Part shown: positions 1 to 15,300 of the stretch, in pieces
Layout of the letters: each line of letters starts with the position of its first letter
Numbering within the stretch: position 1 is the stretch's first letter
Assembly (NCBI RefSeq): GCF_964355755.1
Contig: NC_092676.1
Location: 30,212,871-30,276,870 of the forward strand
Length of the DNA: 64,000 nucleotides
Source of the DNA: Antedon mediterranea
Lineage: Eukaryota > Animalia > Echinodermata
Direction of reading: 5' to 3'
Position numbers and translations under genes: made by a program
Notes under the pieces: generated by a model
What the model saw: only the letters and a program-made list of their open reading frames with translations
What the model was told of the DNA's origin: nothing
Database searches by the model: none

Positions 1-784
1 CTTAAGTCGACAGTGCTTCCAACATCGCCAATATAATTGTCTCTCCAGACTCTTGTTTCAATGCCTTGCTTAAAGACCAGAGCAAGCATACTGAATACAA
101 ATCACGTGGTCGTCTTCCCATACTAAGTATTATTAATTAATTTAAGCAACTTCCTAATTGTCACACGGTTTTATTTTATGACATTTTACATACTTCTTCC
201 ATTTGAGATATATAGGCCTAGAAAGCCTATTTTTATATTTGACGGGATTTTAATATGTTAAGTAAAAATGTAATTGTGTCGCTTTCAAAGTGATTTAAGA
301 ACTGAGTTTATCGAAACTCTCTTTTAATGTCGTACTTAATAAGCGATCCTTATTTCAGTCACGCGCATGTTCAGACAGTGTGTCTGAGCCTACCCAGAAT
401 GACTTTTCGACTCGGCACTGCGTTGCGCGTCGTGAAAACGACAGTAAGAAGTAGAGAGAATAACTAAACGAGGTGATAATGACGAGTGTGCTCTTTGCTG
501 CGCATGACATGAAACGGTATAAAAAGTTTGAAAACTTCGGAATAATGATGGTAGTTCATTAGCATAGGCCCTCTCATTGGACATTTTACGGTAGATTAAT
601 TTGTATTTAGACATCACGTAGTATTGAGTTAAATAGTGTAAATTATACTTGACTTGAATTTCATCCGCTAGTACCTTGAAGAACAAATTGTACATAATAT
701 ATTTGTAAATATTGATTTAATTATATTATTTATATAAAAATAAGGTGTGTACTGATTTTATATCATTATGAATAAACTTGTAAG

Positions 785-882
785 GCACAAGCGTAAAAGG
801 ACGTAAGCGCAACGCAAGGCAGTGACCAATCACAAGCGATGTCGTTATTGCGTTGCGCGTCCTTGAGTTGCGTCCATAGTGA
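785..882. mobile_element. Internal remnant of a MITE related to the 27658-27813 element
   Basis: Shares AAGGACGTAA.CGCAAC...TGACCAATCAC..GCGAT with 27687-27730 and is partly palindromic. Confidence 0.45.
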
Positions 883-2413
883 TAGCTTTAGCGATTTAGT
901 ATAGGTCGATCCTATTGGCTTAAATGTAGACGTCGTAGTTATGACGTAGTTAGTTACCGTCACCGTGGAATCTTCTACTTTATTGTATTTATAAACAAAA
1001 CCTTCCTAATTAATTATTCCTTGAACAAACAACTTTAACCATTTTGTGCAATATACCATTGTGTTCCCTTTAGATATAGTAATACTGTACATAATTAAGG
1101 AACTATTTTCTTATATTTTAGATTTAGACTTTAGATGAAGTTTGTCCATTTTATATAGATTTAAACTATAGTATTTTAACTTGTATAACGAGCAGCGGTG
1201 ATTTGAACATCTTTATTCTGTCAGTACTCATCGTGATGAATAGCATTTATGATATGAATATTATTATAGTTTTTGTGAAATTTACATGAAAAGTGAAGTA
1301 TTGTGTACCTGACCAATAAAATGAGACTGATTTATCGAGCAATATGGTATTTTTTAAAGAAAGACATATTTGAAATCATAGATTGGATGAAAAGTGGAGT
1401 TAGTTTCTCGCGGCAATATTTACGAACGAGTTCCTGCTGGAACCTGCAACAAACTACGTTGTTTCAATAAGTAACTTTGAAATGTTTTATTTCAATCGTA
1501 AGAAAGTACTGTGCCCGCTGATTTGATTCTTAGTTTCCGATAATAAGACAACTTTAATTTAAATTACGCATTTTACAGATGGTATGTGCAATAGTAATAG
1601 TGATTACGTTTTCAATTTCATATTCTTACAGTTTACACCCCCAACCCCTATCCCCCAGTGACACCCATGAGTGGGTATCGATGAAGTCAGGTTTAGTGAA
1701 AACATTTTCCTCTGGTTTCGATTATTGGCCTATGTTGATATGTAGTTCACTGATTGTAAAACAGTATACATTTATTTAACTCATACGTTTCAGCTCAGGT
1801 TAAATTAATTTAATTTTTCATGGTATTTCATTTCATTCCAGCACATACGTCATCTTTATTTTTTCGAGATTCGTGCAAAAATGCAAACGAAGAAAACATA
1901 GTAAACAATAATAAAATGTATGTGGTCCATGTAGTTTAATTGTGTTTTACATTAATATGAACATTTGAATGTTTTTTGCAGAAAGTGAATTTTATTAAAG
2001 AGGGCTCATTACTATCAGTTAACCTCACTTGGGTAAACTGGAAGAGTTACCCTCTTTAAAGATGGTTGAAATAAAAAATAAGAAAATTGAATAAAGTGAT
2101 CGTTTTAAAAGTTTGATTTTGTTTAAGTCTTAGGTTTTACCAGAATGAATAAGTCATATAATTTTTCTTACGGAAATGATATAAAACGGAATAAATCTAG
2201 TTGATATACAATGTAGTCAATAAAGACAGTTTTAAGTATCAGCTTACTTTTATGGCTACCACTACCACCTTGATAAAGACATTAGTAAAGAAAAAAGAGG
2301 TTTGCTATCGAAATTATAAGAGGACAATTCTGGTCTGCGCCAGTGGGTGTGCACTTAAGTATCGATGACGATACAATCGCAGCGTTTGTACGCGCGCGCT
2401 AATTTGTGTCTCT

Positions 2414-2540
2414 AGCTCTATCTACACTGTCAAACTTATTTGACAAAAAAAAAAGTGAAAATGTCATTTCACTAACCATATTTGGACAAATCACTACCAT
2501 ATTTGGTGGTCACATTATAACTTTTTTGTCAACTAGAGCT
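2414..2540 (-). mobile_element. Tourist/Harbinger-type MITE family A, degraded copy
   Basis: AGCTCTATCTACACTGTCAAACT...AGAGCT ends and internal CACTACCATATTTGG. Confidence 0.7.
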
Positions 2541-3010
2541 TTAGACATAGAGGGCTCTCTATAACTTTATTAATTGTGATAACATGGTTCAGTAAAGTAT
2601 ATTTAAATAACTTAAGTTCTACCGGTTGTTAATTTGGACCTGTCTATCACTGTGCCATGCGAACTACAGAGTACTTTAGATGTTTTAACCAAGTTATCTA
2701 ACAAAATAAAATTAAATCACCCCCTCTATATTAAAATAATTTAATTGCATAATAAATTATCATTCATCGCATGAATAACCATGAAATATTATAATTTTAA
2801 TTTTATTGAAGTAAAATTTTATGACAAAATATTATTATTTAATTTAATTTAATTTGTAACTTGCAACTATAACTAGAGAAAGTAGAAAAAAGGCCACGCC
2901 ACTTACCTCTATTAGTATTAAGTATTATTATTAAATATTAAACAAATGTAATAATATTTCTATTTATATTTTTTTCAGTAAAAAAAAGTAATGTATTTTA
3001 ATTATGAATT

Positions 3011-3013
<3 letters not shown>

Positions 3014-3040
<27 letters not shown>
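3014..3040. repeat. (TA)n microsatellite
   Basis: About 13 TA units. Confidence 0.95.
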
Positions 3041-3047
<7 letters not shown>

Positions 3048-3335
3048 CGATTTATAATAATGGAATTTGAAAACGCAAAAGAATAAAATAGACCATTAAA
3101 AATGTGCACATAATATACAGAGAGTGGTGTGTGAGGTTTTCATTTTGTCAGCTGGTGGATGGAGACTACGAACGAATCCGGGGATTAAAGCCCACAATGC
3201 CATTGAGCATTGAATGGATGGCCACATAATAATACACTACAGGTTTTAACGATGTTTCTTTCTACAATATGACTGATATAGAATGCGAAATTTTAGCTTG
3301 TTAGGCGAGTTTGCAAAGCAGACAAATGGACCACG

Positions 3336-6300
3336 ATGACGACGAAATATTTAAAGAAGAAGATCAATGAATTGACGCAAGGAACTTCGTCAAATTCGGC
3401 AAAACTCGATACAGAAATATCTGAATCGCTACACCCTAACCATTTCACAGTCTGCAAGGTAGGCTAGGCTTAACGGTTGCCCCTCCCCCTTCGTTAGTTG
3501 ACTGTAGGATTGCATAACATTACTACTTATTATTCGTTGTAACTAGGGCCTAGGCCTAGCTGTTTTACGTTAAAAACATATGCTAAGCCTAGATAAACTA
3601 ATTGTCGTGTACATATGTTATATTTTCGTTTAATTTAACCTATAATAATATTATTATTAATACAAGTCTGTCCATCATGTCAATATGTCTTCAATGACAA
3701 TTCAATCTGATGTTTCTTTTTTGACAGATGAATTTCAACATATAGACAGTTCATTTTAAAAAATGACATTTCATTAATTATCAGATTTGTAAATTAAATG
3801 TCACCTTACGGTAATAATGTGTGGTTATCAATTGGACATTGTCATATTTTATATTAATTATTATGATATTTTATGAATTTTTTACTGTGTGTACTATATA
3901 GGCCTACATCAATATGACAATATTTTAATTTCAGAAATTGTCAATTTTTAACCGTATTTTGTGAAGTATTGTAATTATCAATTCTTGTTTGTAATTAATA
4001 CCTTTTAATACTCATTCTTTCATTTGTTTATCATTCATGTCTTATGATTTGTTATTTTTTGAAAATGTTTTATAAATGTGTATTTCCTATATTGAATATT
4101 AACAGTGCATTGACATAAACATTAATTTTACAGTAGTTCTCAGAAGAAGACCACATCTTAGGGATACCATACATTAATTAAATTAGTTGTATTTAAAGGG
4201 ATCAGGGGTGTAGGGGAGGATGTAAATAATTTGTGTGTAATAAGTGTCTGACCTTGATTCATATTTTGTGATACTAACTTTTATTATATCAACAGTAATT
4301 ATTATTTTTTAAAATAATTATCTAAAGGTACCTGTTTTTGTACATTCACACTGAGCCTGGATTTGTAAACACAGTACATTCATTGTTCATGTTTAACGTC
4401 AATGTGAATACAGCTTTAGATAACAATTTTGTTACTGTACAGTATGTTAATAAAAGTCTCAATGTTTAAAATATTCTTATTCTATTTGATTAATTCATAC
4501 TGTGTATGCCTATCTTAGCAAGCGCCAACATTTTGTGAAATTATTTTCAACAGACTTTATGCATTAACCAACTATTAATTTATAGTAATTTCAAAATGAA
4601 ATTTAATATATAATAATTTATTAATAATATTTCTAGTTAAATTTAATTTACTAATTTAAAATGTAGATTCTTGGGTATGTTATATTACCAAGAACAAAAT
4701 AAATAGATAGGCTAGAATTTAATAAACATAAATGCTAATGCTGCTAGCTGTTAGGCATGCAGTATATTGATCAATCCATAGTACACATAGTGCAATTTAA
4801 ACATGTTGTTACATATTACTATGAGAATGCTTATTAAAATTGATAATTCTACAGCTGGTCACACTGTTAGTTATTATATTTTACAAACAAAATATGCCTT
4901 TATCCTACTGTACTAACTAACAAACTGAAGTCTTGGCCTCAAATACTGTCAGATGTCAGGATTTTTTCTCAAGACATTTGAAGGACTTTGTTTCATAGAA
5001 GTGGTGACTACAGAATGGATCACCATGACTATATTGTTGTAGTTTGTCTATAGGACCACATAGTACAGCAAGTTTATGGAATAGAAATCTGTGTCAAGAA
5101 GATGGAATCCTAAAGTAATTGTATGTTATGTTTCAGGTTGTTCGCCATGACTTTCCGTTTGACAGCAATGGCATATGATCTAAAGCAATTGTATGTTATG
5201 TTTCAGGTTGTTCGCCATGGCTTTCCGTTTGAACCAACAGCGATGGCATATGATCCGGTCCAGAACATTCTGGCCATTGGAACCAAAAATGGTTCCCTAA
5301 GAATGTATCCTTTACTTAAAAACTTAGTGTCTTTAAATAACTGAGAATGATTTACAGTAATGGTGAGTATTTTTAATAATTTTGGTATTCAAAAGGGTGA
5401 TCTGTTCACATTCACAGAGTCACTTTGGTATCAAGGAATATAAAGTATGTGTTCGTACATTTGGTAGAAATGCTTTCAAATGTTGTTGTACTTCTTTTCA
5501 CTGTCTTTAACTATTTTGTGTTAGCTGTTTTTTTTTTCTTTTATAAACTAAAAAAGTTTTTTTCTGACTATTTTGATATTTAGTCTTTTCGGTACCCTGA
5601 AACTAAAAGTCTTCATTACTGTTTTTGTCCTGTTTCCGGTTCCCGTGTTGTCCTGTTTTTTTTTTTCAGTTATGGGCTGCCTTATACAAGCTTCGCTTTT
5701 TAGGAATGTTGCCCCTCTTATTTTAATCATTTTTACTGTTATTTTTTATTTTCTATGAAAGACAAGAAGAGAAATAAATGTTACTTTGATTGATTAATTG
5801 ATTGATTGATTGATTGATTGATTGAAAACATTGTGTACGTTAGAGATAGGAGCAACATTTGGATCCCATAATTTAAGAAAAAAACATTGACTCAAAGACA
5901 GCGGCTTTCTGGGTAAATGTAAATATTGTTTTTATAAGCGGAATAATTTGGTTAATTTGTTTGTTTGCCAAAAGTAAATGACTTTAAATATTACAACTAT
6001 GAAATGGCTTATTCATCATTTAATGTATGTTTCATGTTTGATGAGAGAAAGGAAAATTATTACCTGTTTATTTATTGTTGAAATATTTTTGTTTTTATTT
6101 TAATTTATCTTTTTTAAAAGGACTTTATTATTTATTACTGAATTTTATTCATATTCATTTATTTACACAAAGCAAAATTCAAAATGTGAAAAATGTAAAG
6201 TAAATTATTTCTATTCAAAAAATACCCAATGAAATGTACATTAAATGGTTTATAAGGAATGATTGACATTAAATATTAAAAAACCCATAAGAAGCCAAAT

Positions 6301-9300
6301 ATAGTAAATGATTTACAGAAATTCCAAATTGTAATAATTTATTACACATGGCTTTATGTTTAAAGCATTACAGCGAATGTTTTAATTTTGTTATCTAACT
6401 TGTTGACAAATCTTTCGACGACTAATTATCAAATAATCCAATATTAAACAGAACCAGATAACATGGGACAATCATGGTTGATAACATTTGCATTATAACG
6501 TACAGCATCAGCAGCCATTAGATGCGGACTAGGTAGTGAGTAAGCGCTTAGTGCTGCTAAGCACTGTCATCGTCGTTCTGATACAGCTACTAGTATTACA
6601 GTATTCATTGTAATTAGTGAATTATTTAGCATTGAAGTACTGTAGTGCAGTAGTAGCAGCAGCCAAGAATTGTGTCTTTATTTAAGCTTTGGTTTGCAGC
6701 TAGTGAATCGTGACCACTTAGTCATTCCTGTAACATTACCAAGTAGTCTTACCATTTTGTTACGACGATGGATTATATAAATCTGTTGATAGTTATTTAA
6801 ATATCATTAAATAAATGTAGTTCTTATTATAATCTACATACATACATTTTATAATATAAACTAACCTGTCCAATTCCTACAATATTACAATAATAGTTTT
6901 TACCATTTTGCCGCCATGACGATAATAAAATTCTGTTGATACAGTATTTAAAATATCATTGAATAAATGTGACTCTTGTTAGTTCTTATAATCTACATAC
7001 ATTTATTATATCCACTACCCTTTACAATTCCTACAATATATCATTTATTAATATCTGAATAATATCCAGTTTAAAGTACGTCAGGTAATACTTAAAAATT
7101 ACCAAACACACAAAGGATTACAAATTCAATACTCTTTTATTAATAATATGCAAAGTGTTTGTGTCAAATTTTTAAGCAGAATTTATAAGAATGGAATGTG
7201 TTCTTGATTTCAAAATCAATAATTAATATATTTTACTGGCCTTAAATAGTTCTGTTGCCTCTCATTCTGTTGGTATATCATGCCCCACAACACTTGCCAA
7301 AATGGAGAATATAAATTTAATTTGGTTTTACACAAGGACTGGCATTATATTATATTATTTAGTTTTGTCTATTACTAATTTAAGGTTGAATCACATATCA
7401 TAATATTAGCAATAAGAAAACAAACAATGATTTAATTCCTGAAATACAATTCAGTTGAATATTCTTTTAAATTTTAATTTAGCACATTAAAGCTGTTAGT
7501 GTTAGCATGTCTTTATACTTTTACTTTAAAGCACCTCATGATTCAACGAATCGTAATTAGAATTTCCAAGTTGATCCCTAAAACTTAGCGTTTTCACTGT
7601 TTTTCGTCTCTGAATAGCTAATGCTTTCTGATCTAAAGGCTTGGTAAAGACAAATTTCAATATGTTCTTTTTCTTTGATTGAGAGTAATGTTTTTTGCAT
7701 TGATACTATCATAAGCACTAGTAGCAGCATTGATTAATTGATTGAGATATAGTTATTGTATTAGCATAGTAGTGACTAATTATCTTGTGTGACTTGCGCA
7801 AATATCAGTGTACAAATTACGTTTAAATCTTCTGTTTTACATTCTGTATTTGTAAGAGAAGTCCTAAAAATTGCCATAAACATACTGTGTTTGTATAGGC
7901 ACAACATACTGTAATAATGTTGCCAATTCTGTATTTGTAAGAGAACAGAGTCCTACAGATATTGCCATAAACATACTGTGTTTAACAGAGTCCTACAGAT
8001 ATTGCCATAAACATACTGTGTTTGTAAGAGAACAGAGTCCTACAGATATTGCCATACACATACTGTGTTTGTAAGAGAACAGAGTCTTACAGATATTGCC
8101 ATAAACATACTGTGTTTGTAAGAGAACAGAGTCCTACAGATATTGCCATACACATACTGTGTTTGTAAGAGAACAGAGTCTTACAGATATTGCCATAAAC
8201 ATACTGTGTTTGTAAGAGAACAGAGTTCTACAGATATTGCCATAAACATACTGTGTTTGTAAGAGAACAGAGTCCTACAGATATTGCCATAAACATACTG
8301 TGTTTGTATAGGCACAACATACTGTAATATTGTTGCCAATGTAGTAGAAAAACAAACTATTAATATTTTACCATGCTTATTGTATTAATTTTGTCTCTGA
8401 TTAATGATGCCCCAAACTGATGACTTACATTTACATGTACATTTAGGTAGTGTACATGTTTTCCTCCTCCTCCACTCCTCCTCCTCCTCCTCAACCCACC
8501 CCCTTCTACCTCAACCCCTACATATACAGTAGTGAGTGTACAAGTTTTCTTCCTCTCCCCTCCTTCTGCTTCTCCACCTCCTCTACCCCTTCCACATCCT
8601 CTACCCCTTCCTCCTCCTCTACCCCTACCTCCTCCACCCCTTCTTCCTCCACCTCCTCTACCCCTTCCTCCTCCACCTCCTCTATCCCTTCCTCCTCCAT
8701 CTCCTCTACCCCTTCCTCTTCTATCTCCTCTACCCCTTCCTCCTCTACCTCTTTCTCCTCTATCCCTTTCTCCTCCGCCCCTTCCTCCTCCACCCACTCC
8801 TCCCTCTTCCCCCTTTTCCTCCACCCCTTACTCCTCCACCCGCTCCTCCCTCTTCCCTTTTTCCTCCACATCTTACTCCTCCACCCACTACTCCCTCTTC
8901 CCCTTTTTCCTCCACCCCTTACTCCTCCACCCACTCCTCCCTTTTCCCCTTTTCCCTCCACCCCTTACTCCTCCACCCACTCCTCCCTCTTCCCAAGTAT
9001 TTGTGGGCTGGTTGTATTAAAGAACATAATCATGGAGTTAAATTTAAAAACAACAAAATTAAGCACTTGGAGAATGGTTGTATACTTAGTATCATTAGTA
9101 GTAATATGATAGGGGTTTTTAGTCAAGGACCATCTGTTTGTCTTCAGTAGTTTGTTTTTCTATTGATTTTATTGATATCAACCCACGCATCTAAACACAC
9201 TAGTGATTGTTTGCCCTGTAAATGTCTATACTATGCTAGGATATGACATTATCATGTATATATCAGTTTAAATTTATATCTTGTATAATTTTGTACAGTT

Positions 9301-12300
9301 TTTAAAATTTATTTTGATATACTGTAAATAACATTTAATACACATATTTCATCAGCTGGTTTCCTTGGAATATAAAATATACTCTTTTGCTTTTGAAGTT
9401 CTTTTTTTTTTAATGAAAATGTTTGTTTTTAATTTTAGTGACATTAATTATTGTTAAACATTTGTACCATCCCATCAAACAACAATATACAGGTTGTACC
9501 CTAATTTTTTTAATGTTTTTTATTCAAATTCAGTTGCTATTCGCCAAGGCTTAAATATACTACTGTATAAGGAATATTTTACTTTTAACATTTAAAAGAG
9601 GTTATTTATAATAATGTGGAATGCTGTAGAATTCGTAAGATTTTAGAGGAGGCCTTTCACTCAACATTTGCTAATTCAGTATAAATAATTTGAATGTTAG
9701 GAATGTTTAATGAGGAGTTGTATACAAGCTATGAATCAGTTCCCTGGTACCAACATGAAATAATGGTTTTAAACTTTTCTTTTCACATCCATGATGCAGA
9801 AACCACTTCCAATGTGATGGTATAAGGCATGGTTTAGTATAATAGTAAACCACTTCCAATGTGATGGTATAAGGCATGGTTTAGTATAATAGTACACCAC
9901 TTCCAATGTGATGGTATAAGGCATGGTTTAGTATAATAGTAAACCACTTCCAATGTGATGGTATAAGGCATGGTTTAGAATAATAGTACACCACTTCCAA
10001 TGTGATGGTATAAGGCATGGTTTAGTATAATAGTAAACCACTTCCAATGTGATGGTATAAGGCATGGTTTAGTATAATAGTACACCACTTCCAATGTGAT
10101 TGTATAAGGCATGGTTTAGTATAATAGTAAACCACTTCCAATGTGATTGTATAAGCCATGGTTTTAATAGTGTAATAGTAAATTACTTTAGGGTGAACAT
10201 TTGATTTATTCAATCATGTCCTTTTTTGGACAGTACATCCATACAAATCATACAAAAATATATACTGTAATTTTAAAGGTGTGGAGTACATAATGTATGT
10301 ATCTTTCAGTAATGGGAAGGACGGTCTGTTACATTTTCAATTTCCCTTTTTGACTTTGTGATCAATGTGGATGTTGGTCTTCCTCTTGGCTGTCTTATTT
10401 TTCTGTTCATTTCTTAATGTAATTTTTTGCAGAAAGTTTTATACATGTTTTCATACCATATTATTCATCAACAAAATTTTAGATGGGTTTCTTTTTTCCA
10501 CAATAGAAGTAAAAATCTTCATGTGCTTGGCTATTTAGACTATTTACTATCAATTTCGATGCTGGTCTCAGCAAAGAACACGTTGGTTCAAACCTTACAA
10601 TCTTGTAGAGTTCACCTAAAATAAATTTATAAATACTTTTAGTAAATTTAGGACATGTATGACATATTGTGCAATGATCCAGACTACGAGGTATTGCGTA
10701 AAGATACACAGTCTACCGTGGGTCTAGCGACAGATAACATCATTTTGATCAGTGACTGAACCTTATGTGCAAACACCTTGTGTTATTGACTTAATATATT
10801 TATCAGTCAACCCAATTCAAAACACTTGATGTGTGTACACATACATTGATTGCATGTATAAGGGCTTGGCTTCTTCTCTTCTTCTAACCACTAAACCTGT
10901 CAACAATTATTATTGATATTATCATCAATCCTGCCATGTTGTTAACCTGTTTGTGAATATGTTGTTTTTCCAATCATATTAACTTCTTTAAATTTAATGT
11001 CACTGACTTTTTTTTCTTCCCTTTTGATCGTTAGTCACACAGCATATACCACTAAAAGCTACCATATTTTTTATTTTGTAGGCCTATAGTATTATTGTAA
11101 TTCTAGGCCAATTATAATGATGCATTATAATGATTGCTATATGATTACGACTGCTACTATATTTTTTAGCACAAACTTCCACGTAAAATGAAACTTATTA
11201 TTATTACTACTTCCTAGAAATATAAAAAAAAAAATTAAAGAAAACCGGATGTCAGGGACAACATTCTCTTGATGCTGATTCCAACCTCATTAACATATTA
11301 ACTAAAAAACTAGATGTTTGAACTTAAATACTGGTCTTACCGTCTTAGTTTAAAATGTAATTAACTAAAAAACTATAATAAACCTAAATAAATGTTAGTG
11401 TAAAATGTAAAACTGTAAAATCCTCCTTTATTTAAAAAAAAAAAGCATAAGAATGTAACAAACATCCCAGGTCATAGCTTGGAGAACCAAGCATATGCAG
11501 GGTAAAACAAGACAACAAATACAAAACACTTAAAATAAGAAGGGAAAAATAGTATATAAAACACATCCAAAAGACATCAAATTCAGATTGTTATACAAAA
11601 ATTACAATACTGTATACTATACAACTACTACTGTAGTCGCTGAAAAATCCTAGTAGTGGTAATATTTTATGACTTTTTTTTTTGCCTGTCACATTATAAT
11701 GAATACAAATATTAGGATGAATGTTTGAAATATATGTCACAAAATTGTAATGTATTTGACCCAGACACAAATTTGGCATGAAATGCTACTTTAAACTGTA
11801 TAGTATAATTTATCAGATTCGGTTCAATAGTAACTCTTATTCTACCGTCGATCAATATCCTAGTATTAGCAATATCATTAGTAGAACAAGTAAAATGTAT
11901 AGCATGCAATCATCTATTGCATTCGCCCGCTACACTCGCTGGTCGCCATTGACTCCGATAAGCTTTAAAATAACGCTTGACCCTCTCTAAGTAGAGTGAT
12001 CGCTTGACCCTCTCTAAGTAGACTGATTGTAATTTGAATATTGTGATAATTACATTTTTTGACTTAAGGTGTTTAATACGAGAGCATTCACTTCTCTTTT
12101 GTAGTTTTGTATTTAATTCACATGTAATTTCAAAATGTATGGTATTATAATATTATTGTACAAATGTGTACATTATGTGTGTTTATAATCTCTTGTTCAG
12201 TACTTATCATATTCTTTTACAACTTACACACATGATAACTTATAATTACATGATATTTACTAAATTGAAGCAGATTATGACAAAAATACAGTCCATTTTT

Positions 12301-15300
12301 CTAAGAAAATGAATTTTTTTAAGTGGTATCAAAATATACAATATTGAACATTATACATTATGATTTAAATTATTTTAAAATAGTCTATAAACCCATCTTG
12401 TATTTCCTAATAATATCCTATCATGTAAACAAAATATTTTAAATAAAAAGTGTTTTTTTAAATTTTAAACCAATACATTATTTTCACTATACATGTCATT
12501 ATGATTATATTGATGTTTGTAATTCTAAAATACTCTATAATAAGCCCATCTTGTGTTTTCTTACATGATAATAGCCCGTCATGTAATTGCCTTTATTCTT
12601 AATATTGAAACTTATTTCTTAACTTAATTGGTATTTCAACTCGAGCATTAGCCATAATCTGAATATTAAACAAAAATCAATAAATAATGTATATGTATAT
12701 TGAAAACATGCATTAAGCAAGGAAAGATGTTTTCAATTTGTTAAGGCGTGTTGTATTAAAAAGATTGTTTACAATTATATAACTACTGTTGGAAATTGCA
12801 TCAAAGCTGAGCGTAAAAAATAAGGGTACTATCACTTTCATGGCCTTAAACACATTTGTAGCTTTTAATTCTTGCATTAAATTCTATCGATTATATATTT
12901 TGCTATCCATCCCTTTGCTTGTTAAATTACATTTTTTCCCTGTAAAATGAGCTGATCAAATTCAATCTTTTTATTGCATGAGACAATCGATCTTTAAAAT
13001 GTAAAATATCGTAGACATATCTATTGATTGTTTATGGCTGGAAACATAACCGCAATTTTTGCATCTTTATTTTGTACAGTTGTACAGAGAAAGCTGTAAT
13101 ACTGTTGTACATATTTTTCATAAACATTTTGGAATTATGAACAATAAATCTTTTTCCTTCATCTTATGGTATCGTGTCTATTGCTACCTAATCTTGTATC
13201 TTTTTTTTAACCACGTACCTAGGTTTAGGATTCTTATATATGTATATATAAACATCACACACAGAATAAATTCTAAACCACCCGTAATTTACTGACAAAT
13301 TTGAAATGATAAAGATGAGGAAATCTTTGAGAATGATATAAATAAACAAAATGTAAATTTTAAAACCTGTATCCTTATTTAGAATCAGATTACAACGAAA
13401 AAAATAAAGCTCAAAGTATGTTTAGTTTAGATATCAGTAAATTTTTGTGGAGCGTGATTAGGCAAAGTCAAAACCTACTCACATCAAACCACCCACACAC
13501 AGTGTACGTAGGTCAATAACTGTGTGTTTAGCTCCTACAGAAATGACACTCTCAGATTCTAGGTTTTCATTTATTTAATTCATTTCAATTCAATAACATT
13601 TATTCAATTAAGAATAAACAATAAGAAACAGTAATACAATACAAAAACAAAAAAACGGTAAATAATACAAAAAGGTTGATTAGGATATCATTTTCATATT
13701 AACAATTATTAGTTTTATTTGTATTTTATTTGTTATATTTATCCAATTTAAAACTTTTTTTTATCTGTATAATTTAAATAAATTATTTATCTGCTTGATA
13801 TCTGCTTAAAACCGTTATAAATTTGATGTAATTGCGTACCATATGGCACTGATGTGTGTATCATTAACTGTGATGAAAACATTTAAACTGATAAGTTATT
13901 GTTACTATACAGTCACTGTTAATTACTATTTTGGAATATTTGTGTGTTTTTGTATTTTTCTATTTGTTAAAAACAAAGTGTTATATTATGCATGCTTGTG
14001 TATCAATATTACACAGAAACAAAAAGCCTATGAAAGATCTATGCTGTTTGATTATTACTCCCGACAACGACGACGACCAAAGCTATGTATAGTTGTGTTG
14101 ATGAGGTTGTGCGTTGAAGCGGAACACATTCACTATCCTCCCTTTACTGCTGCTAATGCTTTCTTCATACACAGCAGACTAAAGCATAGAAAATGGCTGA
14201 CTATGTGTATTAAGTCATACTCTACATTATCTCCTTAAAGATGTTGTCTGCTTTGTTATTCTACCTACTAATCATTTATTATTACCCTTTTCAATATTTA
14301 AAAATAAGACATTATTATAGTAAATATTAATTTGGTGTTTATACATTCCATGATTCAAGAACATGATTTCAAACCCCAATAATTAAAATCCAACCGTTAT
14401 TGTTCCAACAATATATTTTGTATGATTAAGCCATAATCTGTTGGGTAGTTTTCAAAATACATTCACATTTGTGGGACAGCTAATAAGAAAAACACATTTT
14501 TAATATTTAGAATGAAGATATCGACATATAAATTGTTCATTTCATTTGGTATTCCATATGATGTATAGAATGTTAATGAATTGATATTTCAACTAATTAT
14601 TAATGATAGTATGGTAGATACACTGGCATAGCGCAATTAATTGATTTGCCATCCTATTACTATGATTATGCTAATACTCAATTCAATTAGTTGTACTTAG
14701 TATAATCTCATTAGCTTGTTATACCTTAATGATAATAAAAATTGCCTTTGGATATCTTTAATATTCCACAAATTATTAAATTTATTTGGATTGAATATTA
14801 GATAAATAGTATAGTAAATACAGAATACAATTTGTGTTTTTAAACTGGCCTTTGAAATAATATGGCGATTCAGTAACAATTCCTTGTACTTTTATTTTAC
14901 CGTAATTAATAATTCCATCACTTAGCCTAACCCTGAACTCTATGTTATATGTACTGTGTACATTGTTTGTGAAAATAATCTGCTAAAACCACTTTTATAA
15001 TCGGTAACATTTAGAAAGAAAAACTAATGAATTCAAATTTTATACACAGTATTATAATCAACTTATTATAATGTGAATGTGATTAGATTTATAGCGTTGA
15101 AAATAAACTACAGCTGGAACCCACGTTAATGTTTTTGGCACTGTGGCCCATTATTAGGGGGTGTCCCAAAGGTATTGTATTTAATCTATAGTACATTGAA
15201 CCATGGATTTAGCTATACTAATTTTATGCCTTTAATGTAGTGTCTGTACAGTTAGCAGCAGTTGGACTAATACTAGTAAATCTAGGTCTTGTACGCTCCA

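Noticed and set aside
1-121. Possible minus-strand coding fragment (MLALVFKQGIETRVWRDNYIGDVGSTVDL...)
   Set aside because: Too short, cut by the window edge, and not recognisable.
8360-9150. Five long overlapping ORFs (Gly/Arg-, Ser/Pro-, Glu- and Leu-rich)
   Set aside because: All arise from the C/T low-complexity tract, which lacks stop codons by composition.
13369-13377. Second U12-like donor GTATCCTTA inside the minor intron
   Set aside because: One 8-mer match in 10 kb of AT-rich DNA is plausible by chance, and the upstream branch-like motif is weak.
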